From an uncultured bacterium (lineage in GTDB: Bacteria > Acidobacteriota > Thermoanaerobaculia > Multivoradales > JAHZIX01), in assembly GCA_965368975.1 (NCBI GenBank), contig CBDUPA010000002.1:512001-576000 (forward strand): a stretch of DNA of 64,000 nt, given 5' to 3'. The notes under the pieces are model-generated. The model was not told the DNA's origin, did no database searches, and saw nothing but the letters and a program-made list of their open reading frames with translations. Both the position numbers and the translations under genes were made by a program. Of this stretch, positions 28,151 through 37,071 are shown one piece after another (positions within the stretch are counted from its first letter, which is position 1; each line of letters begins with the position of its first letter).

Positions 28151-29235
28151 CAGGGAATCCCCACCTCGGAACTGTCGCCGAGCACGAAGCGGTAGGCCTT
28201 GGGCTTGGCACCCGTGCGTGCCAGGATCGAGTTGCGCCCCACCAGCGAGCCGTCAATGCGCAGGGGAATGTCCTCAATGCGGCACTCGGCCAGGATGATC
28301 GAGTTCTCGACCTCACAGCCACGCAGAATACAGCCCTCACCGATCGACGTGTAGGGACCGACGAACGCATTCTCCAGCCGACTGCCGGCACCGATCACCA
28401 CCGGGCCTCGCACCAGCGAGTTGACCAGCTCGACCCCCTCACCCAACTGCACGCGCCCTTCGACACGGCTCTCCTCGACACGACCGCCTTCAGGCATTGT
28501 TGTGCGGCGGTCGCCGTCCAGCGCGTCGAGCACGATGCGGTTGGCTTCCAGCATGTCCTCGGGCTTGCCGGTGTCCTTCCACCAGCCGCGCACGGTGTGC
28601 GGCTGCACGTCGAGGCCACGTTCGACCAGATCCTGGATGGCGTCGGTGATCTCCAGCTCGCCGCGTGGCGAGGGCTTGATCCGCTTGACCGACTCGAAGA
28701 TCGTGGCGTCGAACATGTAGACACCGACCAGTGCCAGATCGCTCTTCGGCTCCGCAGGCTTCTCGACCAGGCGCTGGATGCGGCCGTCCTCGGTCAGTTC
28801 AGCAACTCCGAACTGCCGCGGATCCGGTACGCGGGCCAGCAGGATCTCCGCATTGCAACCCAGCTCGCGAAACTCTTCGACCAGTGTGGTGATGCCGCCA
28901 GCGATCATGTTGTCGCCCAGGTACATGACAAAGGGCTCGCCAGCGATGAACTCCTCGGCGATCATCACCGCATGCGCCAGGCCGCGCGGGGCATCCTGGG
29001 GCAAGTAGGTCACCTGGGCGCCGAAGCGCGAGCCGTCACCGACCGCTTCGCGAATCTCGGGACCGGTTTCGCCAATGACAATACCGATGTCCGTGATGCC
29101 GGCCGCCACCACCGCCTCAATGGCGTAGAACAGCACCGGCTTGTTGGCCACCGGCACCAGCTGCTTGGCGGAAGTGTGGGTCAGCGGGCGCAGGCGGGTG
29201 CCCTTGCCTCCAGAGAGAATCAGTCCCTTCATCAT
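28150..29235 (-). CDS. rfbA: Glucose-1-phosphate thymidylyltransferase, long form
   Basis: GGKGTRLRPLT..AKQL, YLGDN, EKP, RGELEITD and WKDTG motifs; hexapeptide C-terminus. Confidence 0.9.
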   Translation of the reverse strand: MMKGLILSGGKGTRLRPLTHTSAKQLVPVANKPVLFYAIEAVVAAGITDIGIVIGETGPEIREAVGDGSRFGAQVTYLPQDAPRGLAHAVMIAEEFIAGEPFVMYLGDNMIAGGITTLVEEFRELGCNAEILLARVPDPRQFGVAELTEDGRIQRLVEKPAEPKSDLALVGVYMFDATIFESVKRIKPSPRGELEITDAIQDLVERGLDVQPHTVRGWWKDTGKPEDMLEANRIVLDALDGDRRTTMPEGGRVEESRVEGRVQLGEGVELVNSLVRGPVVIGAGSRLENAFVGPYTSIGEGCILRGCEVENSIILAECRIEDIPLRIDGSLVGRNSILARTGAKPKAYRFVLGDSSEVGIP

Positions 29236-29288
29236 TCAGCTCACTTTGGGTCGGACACCAAGCGACAAGCAACGCCCCTGCACGCGAG

Positions 29289-29339
29289 GGGGTGCGCCGC
29301 CAGATGGGCTGCGCCTCCAGATGGGGTGCGCCAAGGAGG
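29289..29339. repeat. Degenerate 17-bp tandem repeat (about 3 copies) between lptD and rfbA
   Basis: ggggtgcgccgccagat / gggctgcgcctccagat / ggggtgcgccaaggagg. Confidence 0.65.
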
Positions 29340-29368
29340 CGGTGCGGTTGGCGAAGTCCGTGGTCAGA

Positions 29369-31711
29369 TCAGTTGGTCAGTTCCAGGAAGGTGCCGACGT
29401 TCTTCAGCGTCAGCGAAAAGCGGAACTCGTCTTCCAGTTCGTTGCGGTCCAGCAGCTCACGATATTCGAGCATGAAACCGTAGCACTCGCCGGTGTAGTT
29501 CAGAATGTAGCGCTGCTGCTGACGCTCGCTCTTCTCGAGATCGTAGACCAAGTCGGTCTGCAGCTTCAGGCGGCGCGGCAGCAGGTTCAGCGAGGTACCG
29601 AAGCGCAGCTGGTCAGAGTTACGCTCGCCGGTCTCGGCATTCCAGCGCGTGCGCCAGGACAGCGACACCAGGTTGTTGCCCGGCAGCCCAACGGTACCGG
29701 ACAGCGAGGTCGAGGTGATCTGGCTGAACAGCAGGCTGTAGTCGACGTCGGCGGTCAGGCTGGTGGCGTCGCTGGGGTTGAAGCGCAGGCGCGTGCGCAA
29801 CGGTCCAGCCTGGTCTTCCAACAAGCCATCGGCGCTGCGTTCGAGGGGCCGCAGATCGTCGAAGCTGTAAGCACGTGAGAGTTCCAAGGAGAGAATCTCG
29901 CGGGCGCTCGGCTCGATCACCGGCACCGGCTCGGCACCTTCTTCCGCCTCTTCCGCCCCCTCCTCCGGCATCGCTGCCGGCTTGGGTCGAGGCTTGGCAA
30001 GCAGCCGGTTGACCAGGGCGACACGGCCGATGTTGGCCTGACCGACGTTGTCGACCTCGTCGAACAGCGGCACCAGCGCGCGGTCGTCGTACTCTTCTTG
30101 GTAGGTGTAGGTGAAGCGTGGCTCGACGACATGCTTGAACTTGCTGAAGCGACCGTCCTCGGACTCGAAGATGCGCGAGAACGACGGCCCCACCAGCTCG
30201 GCCTCACCGAAGGCATAGGAGCGCGACAGAGTGTCGCCGGAGAAGCTGGCGCCGCCCGGCTCGAGGCTGTCGCCCCACCAGGTGTAGCGGCTGCCGGCGG
30301 TCATCGACAGCGACAACCACGGTGCGAGGCGTACCGGCAGCTGCAGCTGCGGGAAGAGATCGAAGCGGCCGTACTGGGCATCCAGGTTGGCGTTGCGGTC
30401 GACATCGAGCAGGGAGAGTGAACTCTCCATCTTGACGAACAGCGGCACCTTGTCGAACAGCTGGAAGGCGCGCAGCCGATACTCCAGCTCCGGTAGGCGC
30501 TGCATCACGACGTCCTGGGCGCCGGTGATGAAGGTCTTGCGACGATCGACCAGCATGTTGAACGAGTGTGGCCCCCAGTTGCCGCTCAGGTAGCCGCGCG
30601 ACTCGGTGGAACGCGTCGTACTGTTGCCGACACCGCGTTCGAACTCGCGGAACCACTCGAAGTCCGAATACTCGCGCACCGTGACGACACCGCGCAGCCC
30701 CCAGGGCAGATCGGTGGTGGAGTGGTCGAGATTGGCCTTCCAGCGCCAGTCGTCGGACTCGGGGTCGCGGATGGTGTACGCCCGCATCTCGCCCTGCGTG
30801 CCCTCGCTCGGATTCCAGCGCAGCTCGTTGCCAAGACCGTAGTAGTTCTCGCTGTAGTAGTCGGCGTGGAAGGTGGTGTCCCAGCTGCGGCCCATGGGCA
30901 GGAAATACGCTAGCCCCAGGTAGCCACCGCGACGACTCGAGTAGCCGATGTTGGGCACCAGCAGGCCACGCGAGCGTTCCGGTTTGACCGGCCACACCAT
31001 GTAGGGCAGGTAGAACACCGGCAACTTCTTGGCCCGCATGCTGGCGCCGCGGATACGCGCGTAGCCGTCGACCTCGATGTCCGCTTCCTTGACGTGGAAG
31101 CTCCAGGCCGGCGCTTCGCCTTCGCAGGAGGTGAACATACCGTTGAGTACCCGGTAGGTGTCGTCCCCGGTCTTGGTCACCTCTTCACCCTTGAAGTAGA
31201 AGTCCGGGTCGACGTAAGCGCTGGCGCTCTGCACGGTACCGGTCTTGGTCTCCAGGTCGAAGGTCAGCGAGGTACCGGACAGGCGGCGCGGTCCCTGGTC
31301 CAGGATCACGTTGCCCACCGCCGTCACTTCCTTGGTCGCCAGGTTGACGTCCACCTGATCGGCCTGCAGCTTCAAGTCCTGGTAGCGCACCTCGACGCCG
31401 CCGCGCAACACGGCGAAGTCGGCCCCCCGATAGGAAATGCTGCCGGCGGAACCAGCCGCGGAACCGCCGCCCTGCTCGGGCGGAAAGGAGAGGTCGAAGC
31501 TGACGCGGTCGCGGTCGGGGATCTCGGTTGGCGCTTCCTCTGAGGCTTCAGACACGTCTGCGGCCGGTGCTTGCTCGGGCGGTGCCGGCTCGGGCGGTGC
31601 CGCCTCGGGAGCGGGCTCTTGGCCGAGCACGGCCGGGGCGTCGAGAAACAGGCCCAGGCAGACGCCCAAGGCGAGCAGGGACCGGGTGATCTGGAATGTC
31701 GTGCAGCGCAT
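29369..31711 (-). CDS. lptD: LPS-assembly protein LptD
   Basis: Signal peptide; OstA-like jellyroll (LQADQV, GNVIL); FTSC; PVFYLPY; R.RGLLVPNIG; FRFSLTLKNVG barrel end. Confidence 0.88.
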   Translation of the reverse strand: MRCTTFQITRSLLALGVCLGLFLDAPAVLGQEPAPEAAPPEPAPPEQAPAADVSEASEEAPTEIPDRDRVSFDLSFPPEQGGGSAAGSAGSISYRGADFAVLRGGVEVRYQDLKLQADQVDVNLATKEVTAVGNVILDQGPRRLSGTSLTFDLETKTGTVQSASAYVDPDFYFKGEEVTKTGDDTYRVLNGMFTSCEGEAPAWSFHVKEADIEVDGYARIRGASMRAKKLPVFYLPYMVWPVKPERSRGLLVPNIGYSSRRGGYLGLAYFLPMGRSWDTTFHADYYSENYYGLGNELRWNPSEGTQGEMRAYTIRDPESDDWRWKANLDHSTTDLPWGLRGVVTVREYSDFEWFREFERGVGNSTTRSTESRGYLSGNWGPHSFNMLVDRRKTFITGAQDVVMQRLPELEYRLRAFQLFDKVPLFVKMESSLSLLDVDRNANLDAQYGRFDLFPQLQLPVRLAPWLSLSMTAGSRYTWWGDSLEPGGASFSGDTLSRSYAFGEAELVGPSFSRIFESEDGRFSKFKHVVEPRFTYTYQEEYDDRALVPLFDEVDNVGQANIGRVALVNRLLAKPRPKPAAMPEEGAEEAEEGAEPVPVIEPSAREILSLELSRAYSFDDLRPLERSADGLLEDQAGPLRTRLRFNPSDATSLTADVDYSLLFSQITSTSLSGTVGLPGNNLVSLSWRTRWNAETGERNSDQLRFGTSLNLLPRRLKLQTDLVYDLEKSERQQQRYILNYTGECYGFMLEYRELLDRNELEDEFRFSLTLKNVGTFLELTN

Positions 31712-31788
31712 GCCGCTCCTCACGGTTCGCTCCCCGGCGGGGAGATCAGGGTTTTGAACTGCCGTGATGCTACCACCGGGGCGGGTGC

Positions 31789-32967
31789 TCAGGACATGCG
31801 TTCGACGATGATCGAGGTCGCTTCACCACCACCGAGGCAGATCGCGGCGAGACCGCGCTGGGCGTCGCGCTGCTGCAGCGCGTGCAACAGGGTCACCACG
31901 ATGCGCGCACCGGAAGCACCGATCGGATGCCCGAGAGCTACGGCACCGCCATTGACGTTGACGCGCTCGGCGTCCAGACCCAGTTCGCGAATGAACACCA
32001 TCGACACCGCCGCGAAGGCCTCATTGACCTCCCACAGATCGATGTCGCCGACGCTCAGGCCGGCACGGTCCAGCACGCGGCGGGCGGCGCCGATCGGTGC
32101 GGTGGTGAACCACTCAGGCTCGTGCGCGTTGGCCGAATGCGCGACGATGCGCGCCAGCGGTTTGCGGCCTAACTTCTCGGCGTGCGACGCGGTGGTCAGC
32201 ACCAGCGCGGCGGCACCATCGTTGATCGTGCTGGCGTTGGCGGCGGTTACGGTGCCGTCCTTCTGAAACGCCGGGCGCAGCGACGGCATCTTCTCGAGAT
32301 CGGCGCGGAACGGCTCTTCGTCCTGGTCGACGGTCACCGTCTTCTTGCGCTGCGGCACGTCGACCGGCGTGATCTCGGCAGCGAAGCGGCCGGCCTCGAC
32401 CGACTCGCGACTGCGGCGGTAACTCTCGCGCGCGAAGGCGTCTTGCTCCTCGCGGCTCAGCTCGTACTTGCCCGCGCACAGCTCGGCGCAGTTGCCCATG
32501 TGCTGGTCGCCGTAGGGATCCCACAGGCCATCGTGAATCATCGAATCGATCAGCTTGCCATGCCCCAGGCGCAGACCGTCGCGCACACCCGCGGCCAGGT
32601 ACGGTGCCTGGCTCATGCTCTCCATGCCGCCGGCGGCCACCAGTTGAAAATCGTCGCAGCGAAGATCGTTGGCGGCCATCATGAGAGTGCGCATGCCGGA
32701 ACCGCACACCTTGTTGAGGGTCACGGCACCCGTGCTCACCGGACAGCCGGCAGCGAGCGCGGCTTGCCGCGCGGGTGCCTGGCCCTGGCCAGCGGGCAGG
32801 ACGCAACCCATGTAGACCTGCTCCAGGTCGGCTGGCTGCACACCGGCGCGCTCGATGGCGGCGCTCAAGGCGGCGGCGCCGAGCTTCGGCGCGGGTAGGG
32901 ACGAGAGCGCGCCCTGAAAGGAACCGATCGGGGTGCGCGCGGCGCTCAGAATGACGATGTCTTCCAT
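31789..32967 (-). CDS. Acetyl-CoA C-acetyltransferase (thiolase)
   Basis: NKVCGSG, NEAFA, GHPIGASG and CLGGG motifs; start ATG 32967. Confidence 0.95.
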   Translation of the reverse strand: MEDIVILSAARTPIGSFQGALSSLPAPKLGAAALSAAIERAGVQPADLEQVYMGCVLPAGQGQAPARQAALAAGCPVSTGAVTLNKVCGSGMRTLMMAANDLRCDDFQLVAAGGMESMSQAPYLAAGVRDGLRLGHGKLIDSMIHDGLWDPYGDQHMGNCAELCAGKYELSREEQDAFARESYRRSRESVEAGRFAAEITPVDVPQRKKTVTVDQDEEPFRADLEKMPSLRPAFQKDGTVTAANASTINDGAAALVLTTASHAEKLGRKPLARIVAHSANAHEPEWFTTAPIGAARRVLDRAGLSVGDIDLWEVNEAFAAVSMVFIRELGLDAERVNVNGGAVALGHPIGASGARIVVTLLHALQQRDAQRGLAAICLGGGEATSIIVERMS

Positions 32968-33068
32968 CGCGGATCTCCGTTGCGTAGTAGTATGCCGGTC
33001 CGCGCTGGCGGCGCGTCGCGGTGGTTCATGTCGAGAATGTGAGCCGGGGCCGCAGGCAACTGCGAGGC

Positions 33069-33163
33069 GGGACACTGCTGAGTAGCATCGCTGAGCAGGA
33101 ACACCGCTGAGCTGGGATACTGCCGAGCAGAGACACACCGAGTGGAGCACCGCCGAGTGGAAT
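33069..33163. repeat. Six degenerate 14-16-bp tandem units (consensus about GGRCACYGCYGAGY) in the divergent thiolase/ruvX intergenic region
   Basis: ggacactgctgagt, agcatcgctgagca, ggaacaccgctgagct, gggatactgccgagca, gagacacaccgagt, ggagcaccgccgagt. Confidence 0.65.
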
Positions 33164-33256
33164 CTAGGCCAGAAGTGAAAGGGTCGCAGGCGCTCCGTCG
33201 GCGCGGCCAGCCGGAACCCCGCATGCTAGCAGATCAGCGCACCTCGATTCGACGCG

Positions 33257-33739
33257 ATGAAGGATCTTGCACTTACCACCCCAGAGGCCACCCCAGAGGC
33301 CACCCCAGGAGGCCCGACGCTCGGCATCGACTTCGGCGAACGCCGTATCGGTGTCGCGGTATCCGATCCGGCAGGCCGAATGGCGCTGCCCTTGACTACC
33401 ATCGAGCGCAAGAATGACCGCCAGGCTCGGCGGGCACTCGGCCGCCTGGCACGTGAACACGATGCGGCCACGCTGGTGCTGGGCGAACCGCGACGCCTGG
33501 ACGGCAGTGCCGGCGATGCTGCCGAGCGCGTGCGTGCCTTCGGCCAGCGTCTGGCCACCGACACGGGACTGCCGATCGAGCTGGTGAACGAAGCCCTGAC
33601 CTCGGTCGAGGCCGAGGAGCGACTGCGCGCTGCCGGTGTCGACCCGCGGCGGAACCGCGAACGCGTCGACGCGGTGGCCGCCCAGATCTTGCTCCAGGAG
33701 TACCTGGATCGACGCGCTCGAGAGAGGGAGACAGGATGA
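33257..33739 (+). CDS. ruvX: YqgF/RuvX pre-16S rRNA nuclease
   Basis: LGIDFGERRIGVAVSD, VLGEP, NEALTS and VDAVAAQILLQ motifs. Confidence 0.92.
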   Translation: MKDLALTTPEATPEATPGGPTLGIDFGERRIGVAVSDPAGRMALPLTTIERKNDRQARRALGRLAREHDAATLVLGEPRRLDGSAGDAAERVRAFGQRLATDTGLPIELVNEALTSVEAEERLRAAGVDPRRNRERVDAVAAQILLQEYLDRRARERETG

Positions 33740-34803
33740 AGCGATTGCTACGCTGGGCCGCGGTCTTGCTCGCGCTGGTCCTGCTGGTCGGTGGCGCCGC
33801 CGCCTGGCTCGGCTGGCGCTGGTTGCAGCAGCCCTACCAGGGGTACAGCGGCGAACAGACAGTGCAGGTCGCCAGCGGAACCGGCGCCGGGCAGATCCTC
33901 GCCCAGCTGGAGGCCGCGGGCGTCTTGGAGGACGCGCGACCGACGCGCCTGTACCTGATTCACGTGCTCGGCGATCCAGCGCTCAAGGCAGGGGAGTACC
34001 GCTTCGAACAACCGCTGACGCCGCCGCAGGTACTCGACAAGCTGATCCAAGGCGAGGTGATCACTCACCCGGTGACCCTGATCGAAGGCCGGACACTGTA
34101 TGAGGTTGCCGAGACCCTGGCGCAGGCCGGCTTCGGCGAGCTGGACACCTTCCTGGCCGAAATGCGCAACCCAACACGCATCGCCGACCTCGATCCCGAG
34201 GCCGACGACCTCGAAGGTTACCTCTTCCCCGACACCTACCGCTTCGCCCGCGGCACGTCGGAGGCGGCGATCGTCGACACGCTGGTGCGCACCTTCCGCG
34301 ACCGCTACCTGGAAGAAGTCGAGCCGCTGATGGACGAGCGAGACAGCGACCTGAACCTGAACTTGCGGCGCCTGATGACGCTGGCCAGCATCATCGAGAA
34401 AGAAGCCCAGCTCGACGAAGAGCGGCCGGTGATCAGCGGCGTCTACACCAACCGCCTGCGACGCGGCATGCTGCTGCAGGCCGACCCGACGGTGATCTAC
34501 GGCTTGGTTCGCCTCGGCACCTACGACGGCAACCTGCGACGCCCGGACCTGCGTGTCGACTCCCCCTACAACACCTATCGCTACCCCGGCCTGCCACCGG
34601 GCCCGATCGCGTCGCCGGGGCTGAGCAGCCTGCTCGCCGCCGCGCAGCCGGCGGACGTGCCCTACTACTACTTCGTCAGCCGCAACGACGGCTCCCACGT
34701 CTTTGCGCGCACCCTGCGCGAGCACAACCGCAACGTCGACGAATGGCAAAAACGCTACTGGCGCCAGCGCTGGGCCGAGGAGCGGCAACGGCGTCAACCT
34801 TGA
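33736..34803 (+). CDS. mltG: Endolytic transglycosylase MltG
   Basis: LKAGEY, LEGYLFPDTY, LASIIEKE, LQADPTV and SPYNTY..GLPPGPI motifs. Confidence 0.95.
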   Translation: MKRLLRWAAVLLALVLLVGGAAAWLGWRWLQQPYQGYSGEQTVQVASGTGAGQILAQLEAAGVLEDARPTRLYLIHVLGDPALKAGEYRFEQPLTPPQVLDKLIQGEVITHPVTLIEGRTLYEVAETLAQAGFGELDTFLAEMRNPTRIADLDPEADDLEGYLFPDTYRFARGTSEAAIVDTLVRTFRDRYLEEVEPLMDERDSDLNLNLRRLMTLASIIEKEAQLDEERPVISGVYTNRLRRGMLLQADPTVIYGLVRLGTYDGNLRRPDLRVDSPYNTYRYPGLPPGPIASPGLSSLLAAAQPADVPYYYFVSRNDGSHVFARTLREHNRNVDEWQKRYWRQRWAEERQRRQP

Positions 34804-35008
34804 CGGTCGCGACAGTCTGGCTGGCCTGGCCAGGCCGACGCCGCGCGTTGACACACCACCGCCGGTGGTATATGTCTAGTTTTCTACAGCCAAAAGTGCC
34901 CATAATGGATCGAAGATTCCGGGCTAGTAGCTGTCGATGCACAACTCCACTAAGAGCTGGCTTCCACATGCAGAGCTGGCAAGCAGCGCGTCTCGATGAG
35001 GTGAGGGA

Positions 35009-37024
35009 ATGAATACCCGCGAAGAGTTCGGCAAGTACACCCTACTGCGCAAGTTGACCGAGGACGCCCTCGGCGAAACGTTTCGCGCCGGTCGCAGCGA
35101 TGGAACAGGTGCCATCGACCAGGTGGTCCTGCTGCGTGTGTTCAACGGTCACGGCCTGGATGGCAACGCGCTCTGGCAACACACCGCCCAGCGCGCCGAG
35201 ATCCACAAGCTGCTGAACAGTCCCAACCTGGCTCAGGGTTTGGACTACGGCGAGCAGCAGAATGTTCCCTTCGCCGCTTACGACTACATCTCGGGCAAGG
35301 ACCTCGGTTCGCTGTGGGAGGAAGCCAACAAGCAGCACAATCCGATCCCCACGGACCAGGCGCTGCTGATCACCGAGCGCATCGCGCTCGGACTGACTTC
35401 GGCCTACGAGACCCGGCTGCGGGACCAACGCATCCTGCACGGCTTCGTCAACCCGAACATGGTGATGATCTCGAACGAGGGTGAGATCCGGCTGCTCGGC
35501 TTCGAATCCGCTCCCGGCCTGCGCGAGCTGGCGGCAAGCAACGCCGCACCCCGCACCTTCGCCCGCTACCTGGCACCGGAAGCCTTGGCGGGCGAAGTGC
35601 CGCACAAGAGTGACGATGTCTACTCTCTGGGCGTCATTCTCTACGAGCTGTTGACCGGCGAAGCCCTGCCGGCCGCCACCGCCGAAGGCTATGGCGGCGT
35701 CATCGACGCGGCCCGCCTGGCGGCGGACGAAGTGCCGATGCCCGCCGAACTCGCTGGCCTGCTCAAGCGCAGCCTGGTCGGCCGCGGCGAGCGCATCGCC
35801 GACGCCGTCAGCTGGCACAAAGAACTGAACCGCCTGATGATCGAGGGCCAGTACAACCCCACGACCTTCAACCTGGCGTTCTTCATGCACAGCCTGTTCC
35901 GCGAAGACATCGAGCGGGAGAATCGCGAGATCCAGGCTGAGAAGTCCGGCGAGCTGAGCGGCGAGAAGCAGCAAATGATGGTGCCCGAGACCGGCGCGGT
36001 CGAGACCATGATGATCAACACCGCCGACCTGCCAATCCCACAGCAGGCTCCGGAACCGGCCCCCAAGCGCTCGATGCTACCGCTGGTGGCGGTACTGCTG
36101 ATCGTCCTGGTCGGCGGTGCGGCCGCGGCCTACTACTTCCTCGTGCTCAACAAGCCACCGGCACAGGTCGAGGTACCGCCGCCACCACCGCCGGCTGAAC
36201 CGGTCGGCCCGAGCGAAGAAGAACAGCGCCTGGCCACCGAGCTGGAAGCACTGCGCGCCCAGATGGCAGAGCAAATGGCTCAGATGGCCGAGATGGTCGA
36301 CAGCCAGTCGCGCGAGAACCAGCGCGAGCTGCAACAGCAGCAGGAAGAGCGGATGCGCGAACTCCAGGAGCAGCTGGACGGCGCAACGGCCGCTCGCGAG
36401 CGCGAGGCGCAGCAGCGCGCGGAAGCGGAAGCTGCCGCCGAGGCCGCCGCTCAGCAGCTGGCGCAGCAAGAGGAGCCGGAAGCCACCGAACCGGGAGTAG
36501 CGGCCCAGGAAGCCAGCACGACCGAGGCTGCAGCGGGCGCAGCGGAAGCAGCTGCTACGGGCACTCCAGCACCGGCAACAACCCAGCTGGCCCAGGTGAC
36601 ACCACCACCGCCACCGCCGGAAAGGACCACGACGACACCTCCGCCGCCACAGCCCACGACGACAACGACCACCACCACCACGCGTCCACGCACGCCGCCA
36701 CCACCACCACCGGAACAGACCGTGCGGCGTGGCCAGCTAGTGACCCCAGGCGCCGGCGTCGTGCAACCGCAGATCCTCGAGAAGCCGGACCCACGCATCC
36801 CGCCGGTGGCCAAGCGAGCCCGGCGCAAGGGCGTCGTGCACCTGCAGATCCTGGTCGATGAGAACGGCAAAGTCGTGCAGGTGAAGCAGGAAGGCGAAGA
36901 GCTCGGCCTCGGCCTCGACGAAGCCTCCATCGAAGCCGCACGCCGCATCCGCGCCCGCCCCGCCACCAAAGACGGCGTGCCGGTCAAGATGTGGATCGGC
37001 ATCAACTATCAGTTCGCGCTCTAG
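35009..37024 (+). CDS. Ser/Thr pseudokinase - TM - coiled coil - Pro/Thr linker - TonB C-terminal domain fusion
   Basis: Kinase fold (FGKY, YLAPE, DVYSLGVILYELLTG) with catalytic motifs lost; TM LPLVAVLLIVLVGG; TonB_C (GVVHLQILVDENGKV, GLDEAS, PATKDGVPV). Confidence 0.82.
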   Translation: MNTREEFGKYTLLRKLTEDALGETFRAGRSDGTGAIDQVVLLRVFNGHGLDGNALWQHTAQRAEIHKLLNSPNLAQGLDYGEQQNVPFAAYDYISGKDLGSLWEEANKQHNPIPTDQALLITERIALGLTSAYETRLRDQRILHGFVNPNMVMISNEGEIRLLGFESAPGLRELAASNAAPRTFARYLAPEALAGEVPHKSDDVYSLGVILYELLTGEALPAATAEGYGGVIDAARLAADEVPMPAELAGLLKRSLVGRGERIADAVSWHKELNRLMIEGQYNPTTFNLAFFMHSLFREDIERENREIQAEKSGELSGEKQQMMVPETGAVETMMINTADLPIPQQAPEPAPKRSMLPLVAVLLIVLVGGAAAAYYFLVLNKPPAQVEVPPPPPPAEPVGPSEEEQRLATELEALRAQMAEQMAQMAEMVDSQSRENQRELQQQQEERMRELQEQLDGATAAREREAQQRAEAEAAAEAAAQQLAQQEEPEATEPGVAAQEASTTEAAAGAAEAAATGTPAPATTQLAQVTPPPPPPERTTTTPPPPQPTTTTTTTTTRPRTPPPPPPEQTVRRGQLVTPGAGVVQPQILEKPDPRIPPVAKRARRKGVVHLQILVDENGKVVQVKQEGEELGLGLDEASIEAARRIRARPATKDGVPVKMWIGINYQFAL

Positions 37025-37071
37025 GCAGTTCGCGCTCTAGCCGTTCGCGTGGCCAAACAGCTTGCCCGCCG

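Noticed and set aside
33069-33163. Repeat array as CRISPR or iterons
   Set aside because: Units are too short and degenerate, with no spacers and no rep or cas gene nearby
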